Origin: Candidatus Alistipes stercoravium
Lineage (GTDB): Bacteria; Bacteroidota; Bacteroidia; Bacteroidales; Rikenellaceae
Length of the DNA: 64,000 nt
Assembly (NCBI GenBank): GCA_019119615.1
Contig: DWWQ01000006.1
Span: forward strand, 4,079 to 68,078
Reading direction: 5' to 3'
The translations under genes and the position numbers were made by a program. Positions 1 through 9,987 of the stretch are shown here, piece after piece (within the stretch, counting starts at the first letter, position 1; every line of letters begins with the position of its first letter). The notes below the pieces were generated by a model. That model was not told where the DNA came from. It saw only the letters and a program-made list of their open reading frames with translations, and did no database searches.

Positions 1-297
1 GCCACCGTACAGGTCGCACCCTTCAACAGCATCAGCGGACCAAACGGCGTGGGTGGCGTTACGGTAGAAGGCACGGCCTCGAACATTCAGATCAAAACCG
101 ACAAGAGAGGAACCTCGATCTTCTCGATGAGCGTCATGGGGAAAGGCATATCGGCCACGGTGGTCATCACCATCCCCAAAGGATCCAACAACGCATCGGT
201 TACGGTCAATCCCAACTTCAACTCCAACCGGATTACGCTCAACGGCGTGATCATTCCCGGAGACGAGTCCAGGGTCTTCCAGGGCGTGGCATTCTGA
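1..297 (+). CDS. DUF4251-family protein, C-terminal part (5' truncated by window edge)
   Basis: Frame open from base 1 (ATVQVAPFNSISGPNGVGGVTVEG...FQGVAF*). The PNGVGGxTVEG segment resembles DUF4251. Followed by a terminator. Confidence 0.65.
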   Translation, partial: ATVQVAPFNSISGPNGVGGVTVEGTASNIQIKTDKRGTSIFSMSVMGKGISATVVITIPKGSNNASVTVNPNFNSNRITLNGVIIPGDESRVFQGVAF

Positions 298-315
298 CAG
301 CCACCGCAGGGTAAC

Positions 316-350
316 AAAAAGCCGTTGCATCTTGAATGCAACGGCTTTTT
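316..350. terminator. Bidirectional intrinsic terminator
   Basis: AAAAA-GCCGTTGCAT-cttga-ATGCAACGGC-TTTTT between convergent genes. Confidence 0.9.
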
Positions 351-389
351 CGCGTTCGGGAAGGCCGCACGACAGGCGGCAGAGGTACC

Positions 390-680
390 CTACTTCTTCT
401 GCCCGTTGATGGCGCTCAACTTCTCGAAAAGTTTCTCGAAGGAATCCACCATCTCGGCACGCAGTGCAGCATAGTGCTTGCGCACGAGCGAACGGTTATG
501 CGGCTCGACAGGGTTCATCGCCTTGGCGAACAGCGCGTTGCGAAGAGCTACAGCCTCCTCCATCACGGCGAAGATTTCCTGCTCCTTCGAAGGCTGGAAG
601 CAGATGGCCATATCGCAATCGAAAACAACCTCCTCGAGGCGGTAATCGATCTCTTTCTTCAGTACTCGTAAATTTGCCAT
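390..680 (-). CDS. Conserved hypothetical helical protein (96 aa)
   Basis: Clean ORF MANLRVLKKEIDY..., own -7 box at 712-719 and terminator at 316-350. Confidence 0.75.
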   Translation of the reverse strand: MANLRVLKKEIDYRLEEVVFDCDMAICFQPSKEQEIFAVMEEAVALRNALFAKAMNPVEPHNRSLVRKHYAALRAEMVDSFEKLFEKLSAINGQKK

Positions 681-711
681 ATTAAAATAGGTATTAAATT
701 CTTTCGGAGAA

Positions 712-719
712 CAAAGATA
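712..719 (-). promoter_or_regulatory. Bacteroidota housekeeping promoter -7 box (TATCTTTG)
   Basis: CAAAGATA on +, 32 bp upstream of ORF 390..680. Confidence 0.65.
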
Positions 720-881
720 CGAATTCCTTTCGGATTACCAAATATCCACCCGGGAATTCTGAATGCCCCCTGGCTGGACAGAAAAGGGTCCGGGGTCGAT
801 ATTTTGAAAAATTCCGGTTCCAGAGAATTTTTTTTCGGTTGGAATATTGGATTCGAAAAAATTTTTAGTATCTTTATCTCA

Positions 882-962
882 ATGATTACTCGCAACCATA
901 TCCATCGCCATCATCATCTCTTCGTCATCGGGGCAAAGGGACAGGCGGTGCTGTACAGGTAG
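882..962 (+). CDS. hisL: his operon leader peptide MITRNHIHRHHHLFVIGAKGQAVLYR (26 aa, 5 His)
   Basis: Hand-translated: ATG at 882, CAT codons at 897, 903, 909, 912 and 915, TAG at 960-962. Lies directly upstream of a terminator and hisG. Confidence 0.85.
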   Translation: MITRNHIHRHHHLFVIGAKGQAVLYR

Positions 963-995
963 ATCGGGAACAAACAACACGGAATACAAATACAG

Positions 996-1029
996 GAGCT
1001 CACCCTTTCGCGGGATGAGCTCTTTTTTT
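996..1029 (+). terminator. Attenuator terminator of the his leader
   Basis: GAGCTCA-CCC-tttcgc-GGG-a-TGAGCTC followed by T7, between the leader peptide and hisG. Confidence 0.85.
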
Positions 1030-1069
1030 GTTCATGGACGCGGAAGGCCGCTTCGAAAAACAGAATGTC

Positions 1070-1921
1070 ATGCTGAAAATCGCCATTCAGGCCAAAGGCC
1101 GGCTCAATGAACAGAGCATCGAACTGCTCGCCGAAGCGGGCATAAGCGTAGCGGAAAGCAAACGCAAACTCATATCGCGCGCCGAAGGATTTCCGCTCGA
1201 AGTCCTCTACCTGCGCGACGACGACATCCCACAGGCCGTCTCGATGGGCGTGGCCGATCTGGGCATCGTCGGGCTGAACGAGGTGGCCGAAAAGGGCTTC
1301 GGGGTCGAACAGCTCATGGACCTCGGATTCGGCGGCTGCCACCTCTCGCTGGCCGTACCCCAGACCGCAGCCTACGAGGGACCGGAGTTCTTCCGCGGAA
1401 AGCGCGTGGCGACCTCCTATCCCCGGATCCTCGCCCGCTACTTCGCCGAAAAGGAGATCGCGGCCGAGATCCACACTATCGAGGGGTCGGTCGAGATAGC
1501 CCCTGCCGTGGGGATGGCCGACGCCATCTTCGACATCGTCTCCTCGGGCGGTACGCTCATCTCGAACGGGTTGAAGGAGGTCGAGAAGGTCTTCTTCTCG
1601 GAGGCCGTGCTCATCGTTGCGCCGGGACTCGACCGGGAAAAGCGTTCGGAGGTCGAACAACTCACCTTCCGCTTCCATTCGATACTCGACAGCCGCGACA
1701 TGAAATATGTCTTGATGAACCTTCCGAAGGAGCGCCTCAAGGAGGCCGTGCGCATCCTGCCCGGCATGCGCAGCCCGACCGTGCTGCCGCTCGCCCAGGA
1801 GGGCTGGTGCTCGATACACGCCGTGATCGACAAGTCGCAGCTTTGGGAACGCATCGAGCGTCTCAAGGAGATCGGCGCCGAAGGCATCCTGATCCTCGCC
1901 CTCGAAAACATGATCCGCTGA
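1070..1921 (+). CDS. hisG: ATP phosphoribosyltransferase (long form)
   Basis: MLKIAIQAKGRL, LRDDDIP, ADAIFDIVSSGGTL, and the C-terminal regulatory domain (LPGMRSPTVLPL). Start trimmed to ATG 1070. Confidence 0.97.
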   Translation: MLKIAIQAKGRLNEQSIELLAEAGISVAESKRKLISRAEGFPLEVLYLRDDDIPQAVSMGVADLGIVGLNEVAEKGFGVEQLMDLGFGGCHLSLAVPQTAAYEGPEFFRGKRVATSYPRILARYFAEKEIAAEIHTIEGSVEIAPAVGMADAIFDIVSSGGTLISNGLKEVEKVFFSEAVLIVAPGLDREKRSEVEQLTFRFHSILDSRDMKYVLMNLPKERLKEAVRILPGMRSPTVLPLAQEGWCSIHAVIDKSQLWERIERLKEIGAEGILILALENMIR

Positions 1922-1940
1922 CTCAAAAAACCGAGAAGAT

Positions 1941-3230
1941 ATGCTGACGATATATGACAATCCCGCTCGGGCGGAATGGCCCGCACTCACCGAGCGTTGC
2001 GTCCGGCAGGACGAGGAGATTACCGGGCAGGTGGAGGCCATCCTCGCCCGCATCCGCCAGGGAGGAGACCGCGCACTGCGCGAAATCACCCGCGAGATCG
2101 AAGGACGCGACGCCGCCGCATTCGAAGTTTCGGAAGAGGCTTGCCGCAAGGCCGCCGGGGCGGTTCCCGGCCCGCTGAAGGAGGCGATCGAAACGGCCCG
2201 GAAGAATATCGAGGCGTTTCACCGGGCGCAGCTTCCGCAGGAGGTATCGGTCGAGACGATGCCGGGCGTACGCTGCGTACAGCGGGCCGTGCCGATCCGG
2301 CGCGTGGGGCTCTACGTCCCGGGCGGAAAGGCCCCGTTGTTCTCCACCGTACTGATGCTCGCCCTGCCGGCCCGCGTGGCCGGGTGCCGCGAGGTGGTGC
2401 TCTGCACCCCGGCAGGCCGCGACGGCGGGATCGCCCCGGAGATCCTCTATGCGGCAACGTTATGCGGCGTGAAGCGCATCTTCGCCCTGGGAGGCGCCCA
2501 GGCCATAGGCGCCATGGCCTACGGCACGGAGAGCGTTCCGAAGGTGGACAAGATCTTCGGACCCGGTAACCGCTACGTTACGCGCGCCAAGCAGCTGGTC
2601 GGCGCCGGAGAGGTGGCCATAGACCTTCCGGCAGGTCCTTCGGAGGTGCTGGTCCTCGCCGACGACGAGGCGTCGCCGGAGTTCGCGGCGGCCGACCTGC
2701 TCTCGCAGGCCGAGCACGGCGGAGACAGCCAGTCGATCCTTGCATGCGCCTCCATCGACTTTGCGCGCAGGGTGCAGCAGGCCGTCGGGGAGCAGCTGCA
2801 GCGGCTGGAGCGGGCGGAGATCATCCGCGATGCGCTCCGTTCGAGCCGGATCGTCGTACTCGCCGACCGCGGGGAGCGCATCGCCTTTGCCGAGGCATAC
2901 GCCCCAGAGCATCTGATCGTGGCGATGCGCGATGCGTGGGAGGCGGCCGTGCAGGTTCCGACCGCGGGGAGCGTATTTGTCGGGAACTGGGCGCCGGAAA
3001 GTGCCGGAGACTACGCCTCGGGGACGAACCACACGCTGCCGACGGGCGGATGGGGCCGCGCCTGCAGCGGTGTGAACACCGATGCCTTCCTGCGCAAGAT
3101 CACCTATCAGGAGCTCACGCGCGAAGGACTCGCGGCGCTCGTCCCGACGATTGTCCGCATGGCCGAGGCCGAAGGGCTCGGGGCACACGCCGCGGCAGTC
3201 CGCATCCGAATGAAAGGAGGTGCCGTATGA
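1941..3230 (+). CDS. hisD: Histidinol dehydrogenase
   Basis: GLYVPGG, DKIFGPGNRYV, AGPSEVLV, DLLSQAEHG, APEHL, GDYASGTNHTLPT. Confidence 0.98.
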   Translation: MLTIYDNPARAEWPALTERCVRQDEEITGQVEAILARIRQGGDRALREITREIEGRDAAAFEVSEEACRKAAGAVPGPLKEAIETARKNIEAFHRAQLPQEVSVETMPGVRCVQRAVPIRRVGLYVPGGKAPLFSTVLMLALPARVAGCREVVLCTPAGRDGGIAPEILYAATLCGVKRIFALGGAQAIGAMAYGTESVPKVDKIFGPGNRYVTRAKQLVGAGEVAIDLPAGPSEVLVLADDEASPEFAAADLLSQAEHGGDSQSILACASIDFARRVQQAVGEQLQRLERAEIIRDALRSSRIVVLADRGERIAFAEAYAPEHLIVAMRDAWEAAVQVPTAGSVFVGNWAPESAGDYASGTNHTLPTGGWGRACSGVNTDAFLRKITYQELTREGLAALVPTIVRMAEAEGLGAHAAAVRIRMKGGAV

Positions 3231-4261
3231 AGCCGCTCGAAGAACTCGTACGTCCCTGCATCCGGGCGCTGAAGCCCTACTCCACCGCACGGGACGAATA
3301 TGCCGGAGGAGAGATCTCGGTCTGGCTCGATGCCAACGAGAGTCCCTTTGACAACGGGATCAACCGCTATCCCGATCCGCACCAGCGGCAGCTCAAGCGG
3401 CAGATTGCCGCGATGAAGGGCGTGCGCGAGGAGCAGGTGTTCCTCGGGAACGGCAGCGACGAGGCGATCGACCTCGCCTACCGCATCTTCTGCACGCCGG
3501 GGCGGGACAACGCCGTGGCGATCTCCCCCACTTACGGCATGTATCGCGTGGCGGCCGACATGAACGACATTGAGCTGCGCGAAGTGCCGCTCGGCAGGGA
3601 TTTTTCACTGCCCGTGGAGGCGCTGCTCCAGGCGGCGGACGATCGCACGAAGCTCCTGTGGCTCTGCTCGCCGAACAACCCCACGGGAAACGTCTTCCCG
3701 GCGGAGGAGATCGGGCGGCTCCTGCGCCGTTTCGATGGGATGGTGATCCTCGACGAGGCCTACATCGACTTTGCCGACGAAGGGGGATTTCTCCCGCAGC
3801 TCGGGGAGTTTCCGAACCTGATCGTCCTCCAGACCGCCTCGAAGGCCTGGGGCATGGCGGGATTGCGGCTCGGGATGGCCTTTGCCGCGGAGCCCGTGGC
3901 GGAGCTCTTCGGCCGCGTAAAATACCCCTACAACCTCAACGTGCTGACGCAGCAAACAGCTGCCCGGCAGCTGGAAGCCGGCATCGGAACGCGCGTGGAG
4001 CTGATCCGCCGCGAGCGCGGACGCGTGGCGGAGGCATTGGCCGCAGCGGCGTGCATCGAGCGGGTCTACCCTTCGCAGGCCAACTTCCTGCTGGTCCGCA
4101 CGGCGGATGCCGACCGGCTGTACGAAGCGCTGATCCGCGCCGGGGTCATCGTCCGCAACCGTTCGCGCGTGGCCGGATGCGAGGGATGCCTGCGCATCAC
4201 GATCGGGACGCCCGAAGAAAACGACCGCATGTTGAATACCGTAAACGATTTTCGCATATGA
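3227..4261 (+). CDS. hisC: Histidinol-phosphate aminotransferase
   Basis: LDANESP, NRYPDP, GNGSDEAI, CSPNNPTG, DEAYIDF, TASKAWGMAGLRLG. ATGA overlap with hisD. Confidence 0.97.
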   Translation: MKPLEELVRPCIRALKPYSTARDEYAGGEISVWLDANESPFDNGINRYPDPHQRQLKRQIAAMKGVREEQVFLGNGSDEAIDLAYRIFCTPGRDNAVAISPTYGMYRVAADMNDIELREVPLGRDFSLPVEALLQAADDRTKLLWLCSPNNPTGNVFPAEEIGRLLRRFDGMVILDEAYIDFADEGGFLPQLGEFPNLIVLQTASKAWGMAGLRLGMAFAAEPVAELFGRVKYPYNLNVLTQQTAARQLEAGIGTRVELIRRERGRVAEALAAAACIERVYPSQANFLLVRTADADRLYEALIRAGVIVRNRSRVAGCEGCLRITIGTPEENDRMLNTVNDFRI

Positions 4262-5388
4262 AAAAAGCACTCTTCATAGACCGCGACGGCACGATCCTCG
4301 CGGAACCGGCCGACGAGCAGATCGACAGCCTCGAAAAGATGGAGTTCGTGCCCGGCGCCATCTCGGCGCTGAAGCTCCTCGCCGGACTGGACTACGAACT
4401 CGTGCTGGCCACGAATCAGGACGGGCTCGGCACTGAAGCCTTTCCCGAGGAGCAGTTTCTCCCGCCCCACGAAAAGATGATTGCGACGCTGCGCGGCGAG
4501 GGGGTCGTATTCGACGACCAGCTCATCGACCGCACGTTCGAACGGGACGGAGCCCCGACACGCAAGCCGCGGACCGGGATGTTCTCCCGCTACATGGACT
4601 CTTCATACGACCTGGCGGCATGTTTCGTCATCGGCGACCGGATCACGGACATCGAGCTGGCGCGGAACCTCGGGGCCCGGGGCATTCTGCTGGCGCCGGA
4701 TACGGCGGAGGGGCTGCGCCGCGTGCGCGAGGCGGGGCTCACGGAGGCGTGTGCACTTGTGGCAGCCGGCTGGGAGGAGATTACCGAGTACCTGCGGCGC
4801 GGGGAACGGCGCGTGGAGATACGGCGCGAGACGCGCGAGACGCAGATCGTCGTACGGCTCGATCTGGACGGGCGCGGCGATTTCAACGGGCAGATCTCGA
4901 CCGGACTGCGTTTTCTGGACCACATGCTGCAGCAGATCGCCCACCACGGAGGCGTGGCCCTCGCGGTGGAGGCCCACGGCGACCTCGACATCGACGAACA
5001 CCACACCGTGGAGGATGTGGCCATCACGCTGGGCGAGGCGATCGACCGGGCGCTGGGCGCCAAGGCCGGAATCGCCCGCTACGGATTCGCCCTGCCGATG
5101 GACGACTGCCGGGCGTTGGTGCTCCTCGACTTCGGTGGACGCATCGACTTCGAATGGGAGGCCCGGTTCCGGCGCGAGCGGATCGGAGACGTTCCCACCG
5201 AGCTGTTCCGCCACTTCTTCCACGCGCTCTGCTCGGCGGCGCGCTGCAACCTCCAGATCGCAGCCCGCGGCGAAAACGAGCACCACAAGGCCGAGGCGAT
5301 CTTCAAGGCCTTCGCACGCGCCCTGCGCATGGCCGTGGCACGTCAAGGTTTCGGATACGACATACCCAGCAGCAAAGGCGTCCTATGA
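4258..5388 (+). CDS. hisB: Bifunctional histidinol-phosphatase / imidazoleglycerol-phosphate dehydratase
   Basis: HAD motif FIDRDGT, then RETRETQI, FLDHML, DEHHTVED, NEHHKAEAIFKAF, PSSKGVL. ATGA overlap with hisC. Confidence 0.97.
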   Translation: MKKALFIDRDGTILAEPADEQIDSLEKMEFVPGAISALKLLAGLDYELVLATNQDGLGTEAFPEEQFLPPHEKMIATLRGEGVVFDDQLIDRTFERDGAPTRKPRTGMFSRYMDSSYDLAACFVIGDRITDIELARNLGARGILLAPDTAEGLRRVREAGLTEACALVAAGWEEITEYLRRGERRVEIRRETRETQIVVRLDLDGRGDFNGQISTGLRFLDHMLQQIAHHGGVALAVEAHGDLDIDEHHTVEDVAITLGEAIDRALGAKAGIARYGFALPMDDCRALVLLDFGGRIDFEWEARFRRERIGDVPTELFRHFFHALCSAARCNLQIAARGENEHHKAEAIFKAFARALRMAVARQGFGYDIPSSKGVL

Positions 5389-5987
5389 TAGCGGTAGTGG
5401 ATTACGATACGGGCAACCTGCGTTCGGTGGCCGAGGCTCTGCACCGACTCGGGGCCGAGTTCACGCTGACGGGCGATCCGGCGCAGCTGCGGCAAGCCGA
5501 ACGGGTGATTCTGCCCGGGGTCGGCGAGGCGGCGAGCGCCATGGCCAAACTCCGCGAGCGGGGGCTCGACGAGGTGATACCCCGTTTGGAAGTTCCCGTG
5601 CTGGGAGTCTGCATCGGCATGCAGCTGCTCTGCCAATGGAGCGAAGAGGGCGACACGGCGTGTCTCGGCATCTTTTCAGCACGCGTCGGGCGGATCCCGG
5701 CAACGACACGGGAGGGAGCGCGGCTGAAGGTGCCGCATGTCGGATGGGACACGATCGAAGGGCTCCGCACGCCGCTCTTCGACGGAATCGACGAGGGTGC
5801 GTATGTCTACTACGTCCATTCGTACGCCGCCGGGCGTTGCGAAGCGACCGCGGCGACGACCGATTACGGCGTGGCATTCAGTGCCGCACTGGCCCGCGAC
5901 AACTTCTTCGGCGTGCAGTTTCATCCCGAAAAGAGCGGGCGGACAGGGGCGCGGATCCTCGAGAATTTCCTCAACATGAATCGCTAA
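5385..5987 (+). CDS. hisH: Imidazole glycerol phosphate synthase glutaminase subunit
   Basis: VVDYDTGNL, LPGVG, GVCIGMQLL, YYVHSY, QFHPEKSG. Confidence 0.97.
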   Translation: MIAVVDYDTGNLRSVAEALHRLGAEFTLTGDPAQLRQAERVILPGVGEAASAMAKLRERGLDEVIPRLEVPVLGVCIGMQLLCQWSEEGDTACLGIFSARVGRIPATTREGARLKVPHVGWDTIEGLRTPLFDGIDEGAYVYYVHSYAAGRCEATAATTDYGVAFSAALARDNFFGVQFHPEKSGRTGARILENFLNMNR

Positions 5988-6000
5988 AAGATAAAACAAC

Positions 6001-6729
6001 ATGATCGAAATCATACCTGCCACGGACATCATCGACGGGCGCTGCGTCCGCCTGACACAGGGCGACTACACCCGGAAGAAGACCTACTGCGACGATCCGC
6101 TCGAAGCAGCGCTGCGGTTCGAGGAGGCCGGCATCCGACGGCTCCACATGGTCGATCTGGACGGGGCGAAGGCCGCGGAGCCCCGGAACCTCCGGGTACT
6201 GGAGCGCATTGCCGCGCGGACCTCGCTCGAGGTGCAGTATGGCGGCGGCATCAAGAGCCGCGAGGCGCTGGAGGCGGTCTTCAACGCCGGAGCGGGCCGC
6301 GCCATCTGCGGAAGCATCGCCGTACGGCAGCCGGAACTGCCCGCCGCATGGATCGCGGAATTCGGAGCCGGAAGGATCATTCTCGGGGCCGACATCCGCG
6401 ACGGCAAGGTGGCCATTCAGGGATGGACCGAGACGGCCGGAATAACGGCCGAAGAGCTCATCGGACGCTTCCGCCGCGACGGCCTCACGCAGGTCATCTG
6501 CACGGACATCGCGCGCGACGGCATGCTGTGCGGCATCGCAACGACATTTTACGCCGGGTTACAACGACAGTTTCCGGAGGTGGAGATCACCGTAAGCGGC
6601 GGCATCGGCACGATGGCGGACATCGAGGCACTGCGCAGCGAGGGCCTGCGCAGCGTCATTGTCGGGAAGGCCCTCTACGAAGGCCGTATCACCCTCAAAG
6701 AGATCGAACGATGCTTGCAAAACGGATAA
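6001..6729 (+). CDS. hisA: ProFAR isomerase
   Basis: [42 protein letters not shown]. Confidence 0.97.
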   Translation: MIEIIPATDIIDGRCVRLTQGDYTRKKTYCDDPLEAALRFEEAGIRRLHMVDLDGAKAAEPRNLRVLERIAARTSLEVQYGGGIKSREALEAVFNAGAGRAICGSIAVRQPELPAAWIAEFGAGRIILGADIRDGKVAIQGWTETAGITAEELIGRFRRDGLTQVICTDIARDGMLCGIATTFYAGLQRQFPEVEITVSGGIGTMADIEALRSEGLRSVIVGKALYEGRITLKEIERCLQNG

Positions 6730-7463
6730 TACCCTGTCTGGACATCCGCGACGGCGCGACGGTGAAGGGCATTCACTTCGAGCAGCTGCGGCAGGTCGGC
6801 GATCCCGTGGCATTGGGTGCGAAATACGCCGCCGAAGGGGCCGACGAACTGGTCTATCTCGACATCAGTGCCACGGAGGAGGGGCGTCAGACCTTCACGG
6901 AACTCGTGTCGCGCATCGCCGCGCGGATCGACATCCCCTTTACCGTGGGCGGCGGTATCCGCTCGGTGGAGGATGCCGCACGGCTGCTCGACGCCGGGGC
7001 CGACAAGATCTCGCTCAACAGCGCCGCCGTGGCTGACCCCTCGCTGATCGACGCCATAGCCGCCCGCTACGGTTCGCAGTTCGTCGTCGCGGCAATCGAC
7101 GCCCGGCAGATCGACGGCCGCTGGCAGGTTACGACGCACGGCGGGAAACGCGCCACCGAACGCGAACTCTTCACCTGGGCCCGGGAGGCCGTAGACCGCG
7201 GCGCCGGGGAGATTCTCTTCACCTCGATGGACCACGACGGCACGAAGAACGGCTATCCGTGCGAGACCTTTGCGCGGCTGGCCGAGCTGCCCGTACCGAT
7301 CATCGCCTCGGGAGGCGCCGGGAGTGTCGCACACATCGCCGACGTGCTGACCCGGGGGCGGGCCGACGCCGCGCTGGCGGCCAGCATCTTCCACTACGGC
7401 GAAATTCCGATACCGCGGCTCAAGCGGGAGCTCCGGGAGCGCGGAATCGCCGTACGACTGTAA
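6711..7463 (+). CDS. hisF: Imidazole glycerol phosphate synthase cyclase subunit
   Basis: [45 protein letters not shown]. Start trimmed to 6711. Confidence 0.97.
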   Translation: MLAKRIIPCLDIRDGATVKGIHFEQLRQVGDPVALGAKYAAEGADELVYLDISATEEGRQTFTELVSRIAARIDIPFTVGGGIRSVEDAARLLDAGADKISLNSAAVADPSLIDAIAARYGSQFVVAAIDARQIDGRWQVTTHGGKRATERELFTWAREAVDRGAGEILFTSMDHDGTKNGYPCETFARLAELPVPIIASGGAGSVAHIADVLTRGRADAALAASIFHYGEIPIPRLKRELRERGIAVRL

Positions 7464-7494
7464 AGCAAAACAGACAAAAAACACGAAATACACC

Positions 7495-8115
7495 ATGAAA
7501 ATCGAAGCAAAACCCTTTTCGGAGCTCAACATCGAAAAGCTCCCCGACGGGCTCGTTCCCGCCATCATTCAGGACGACCGGACCCTCAAGGTGCTCATGC
7601 TGGGGTACATGAACCGCGAAGCCTACGAAAAGAGCCTCGCCGAGGGACGCGTAACCTTCTACAGCCGCACGCGCCGCACGCTCTGGACCAAGGGCGAGAC
7701 GAGCGGCAACCGGTTCGACATCGTCTCCATCGCCACGGACTGCGACAACGACACACTGCTCGTGAGGGTCATCCCCCACGGCCCGACCTGCCACACGGGA
7801 TCGACGAGCTGTTTCGGAGAGGCCTCGCCCGAAAACGAGGGTTTCATCCGCTACCTGCAGAGCGTCATCCGCGGCCGGCACCGCGACATGCCCGAAGGAT
7901 CGTACACCTCGAAGCTCTTTACGCGCGGCGTGAACAAGATTGCGCAGAAGGTCGGCGAAGAGGCCGTCGAAACCGTGATCGAAGCTGTGGCGCAGAACCG
8001 CGAGGCGATGATCTACGAGGCGTCGGACCTGGTCTACCACCTGCTCGTGCTGCTCGAAGCCACGGGATGCTCGATCGCCGACCTCGAACGGGAGCTGGCA
8101 CGCAGGCACGCCTGA
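7495..8115 (+). CDS. hisIE: Bifunctional phosphoribosyl-AMP cyclohydrolase / phosphoribosyl-ATP pyrophosphatase
   Basis: LWTKGETSG, DCDNDTLL, GPTCHTG, SYT..., KVGEEAVE, EASDLVYH. Confidence 0.97.
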   Translation: MKIEAKPFSELNIEKLPDGLVPAIIQDDRTLKVLMLGYMNREAYEKSLAEGRVTFYSRTRRTLWTKGETSGNRFDIVSIATDCDNDTLLVRVIPHGPTCHTGSTSCFGEASPENEGFIRYLQSVIRGRHRDMPEGSYTSKLFTRGVNKIAQKVGEEAVETVIEAVAQNREAMIYEASDLVYHLLVLLEATGCSIADLERELARRHA

Positions 8116-8151
8116 ATGACGGGCCCCTTCGGGGTCTCCCGGGATACGAAA

Positions 8152-8181
8152 CGCCCCGGCCGTAAGCAAACGGTCGGGGCG
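8152..8181. terminator. Terminator between convergent hisIE and argS
   Basis: CGCCCCGGCCGT-aagcaa-ACGGTCGGGGCG flanked by AAA and CTTT. Confidence 0.7.
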
Positions 8182-8205
8182 CTTTGCATAAACGCGGCCG
8201 GGAGG

Positions 8206-9987
8206 CTACATGCGCTCGGGAACGTCGATGCCCAGCAGCTTCATGCCGAGGCGGATGACGCGGGCGACCTGCTGTGCCAGCCGGAGGCGCAGCTTGCGCA
8301 CCTCCGCATCCTCCTCGCGCAGGATCGAGTGGTCATGGTAGTAGCCGTTGAAGCTCTTGGCCAGCTCGTAGACATAGGCGCCGATGATCGACGGGGCGAA
8401 GTTCTCGCCGGCGGCCTTCACCGTGGCGGGGTACTCCGTGAGCTGCTTCACCAGGGCGATCTCCTCGGGAAGGTACGAGGCCGATACGGCTCCCGTGAAG
8501 TCGATGCCCGCCTCGGCGGCCTTGCGCAGCACGGAGCAGATGCGGGCGTGCGTATACTGGATGAAGGGGCCCGTATTGCCGTTGAAGTCGATCGACTCGC
8601 GCGGATCGAAGAGCATCGTCTTCTTGGGATCGACCTTCAGGATGAAGTATTTCAGCGCACCGAGGCCCACCATCGTCGAAACAGCTTCGGCCTCCTCCTC
8701 CGTAGCGCCGTCCAGCTTGCCCAGCTCGGCAGACATCTCACGCGCCGTGCGGACCATGTCGGCGATCAGGTCGTCGGCATCGACCACCGTACCTTCGCGC
8801 GACTTCATCTTGCCCTCGGGAAGCTCGACCATGCCGTACGAGAGGTGCGTGATGTGGTCGCTCCACTCGGCATAGCCCAGCTTCTTGAGCACGAGTTTGA
8901 GCACCTGGAAGTGGTAGTTCTGCTCGTTGCCCACGACATAGATCATGTCGTCGAGGCGGTTGTCCTCGAAACGGCGGTAGGCCGTGCCGAGGTCCTGCGT
9001 CATGTAGACCGACGTGCCGTCGCCGCGCAGCAGCAGCTTCTCGTCCAGGCCGTCATTGCGAAGGTCGATCCACACCGAATTGTCCTCGCGGCGGTAGAAG
9101 ACACCCTTGCGGAGCCCCTCCTCGACGAGCGACTTGCCCAGCAGGTAGGTCTGCGACTCGTAGTAAACCTTGTCGAAATCGACGCCCAGCGCCTTGTACG
9201 TTACGTCGAAGCCCTCGTAGACCCAGCCGTTCATCGTCTCCCAGAGCGTGTAGACCTCCGGGTCCTTCGCCTCCCACTTGCGCAGCATCTCCTGCGCCTG
9301 GAGCATGATCGGCGCCTGCTTCTTGGCCTCCTCCTCCGACATGCCGCCGGCGACGAGCTCCTTGATCTGCGCCTTGTAGTGCTTGTCGAACTCGACGTAG
9401 TACTTGCCGACCAGGTGGTCGCCCTTCATACCCGACGATGCGGGCGTCTCGCCGTTGCCGTAGAGCTTCCATGCAAGCATCGACTTGCAGATGTGGATGC
9501 CGCGGTCGTTGACCAGATTGGCCTTGATGACCGTATGGCCGTTGGCCTTGAGGATCTGCGCCACGGAGTAACCCAGCAGGTTGTTGCGGATATGGCCCAG
9601 GTGCAGCGGCTTGTTCGTATTGGGCGACGAGTATTCGATCATGATCGTGCGGCCCGTCTGCGGAGCCTCGCCGTAGTGCGCATCGGCGGCGATCTCCGCG
9701 AAACGCTCACCCCAGAACGAGCTGTCGAGCGTCAGGTTCAGAAAGCCCTTGATGACGTTGAACGATGCGATCTGAGGCACATGGGCCTGCATGTATTCGC
9801 CGATCTCGGTCGCGGTGGCCTCGGGGGACTTGCGGCTCCGGCGCAGCAGCGGAAAGGTTACGAGCGTATAGTCGCCCTCGAACTCCCGGCGTGTCTTCTG
9901 GATCTGCAACGGCTCCCCGCCGAGCTCCCCGTAAAGCGTCTCGACCGCCTGCCGAACCGCTCCCGAAATATAGTTCTCGATATTCAT
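8206..9987 (-). CDS. argS: Arginine--tRNA ligase
   Basis: IEYSSPNTNKPLHLGHIRN (HIGH motif), GKMKSREG (KMSK-like), GNTGPFIQY, PERM C-terminus. Start trimmed to MNIENY at 9987, with a -7 box at 10008-10015. Confidence 0.98.
   Translation of the reverse strand: MNIENYISGAVRQAVETLYGELGGEPLQIQKTRREFEGDYTLVTFPLLRRSRKSPEATATEIGEYMQAHVPQIASFNVIKGFLNLTLDSSFWGERFAEIAADAHYGEAPQTGRTIMIEYSSPNTNKPLHLGHIRNNLLGYSVAQILKANGHTVIKANLVNDRGIHICKSMLAWKLYGNGETPASSGMKGDHLVGKYYVEFDKHYKAQIKELVAGGMSEEEAKKQAPIMLQAQEMLRKWEAKDPEVYTLWETMNGWVYEGFDVTYKALGVDFDKVYYESQTYLLGKSLVEEGLRKGVFYRREDNSVWIDLRNDGLDEKLLLRGDGTSVYMTQDLGTAYRRFEDNRLDDMIYVVGNEQNYHFQVLKLVLKKLGYAEWSDHITHLSYGMVELPEGKMKSREGTVVDADDLIADMVRTAREMSAELGKLDGATEEEAEAVSTMVGLGALKYFILKVDPKKTMLFDPRESIDFNGNTGPFIQYTHARICSVLRKAAEAGIDFTGAVSASYLPEEIALVKQLTEYPATVKAAGENFAPSIIGAYVYELAKSFNGYYHDHSILREEDAEVRKLRLRLAQQVARVIRLGMKLLGIDVPERM

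Noticed and set aside
659-895. 78-aa minus-strand ORF in the AT-rich his promoter region
   Set aside because: It spans two divergent promoter regions and overlaps the neighbouring gene and the leader start. Its K/I/F-rich composition is typical of spurious ORFs in AT-rich intergenic DNA.
2744-7463. Apparent long fusion ORFs (505, 576, 455 and 371 aa) in the his operon
   Set aside because: Upstream extensions through overlapping genes. The real starts are at the ATGA or short overlaps (3227, 4258, 5385, 6711).
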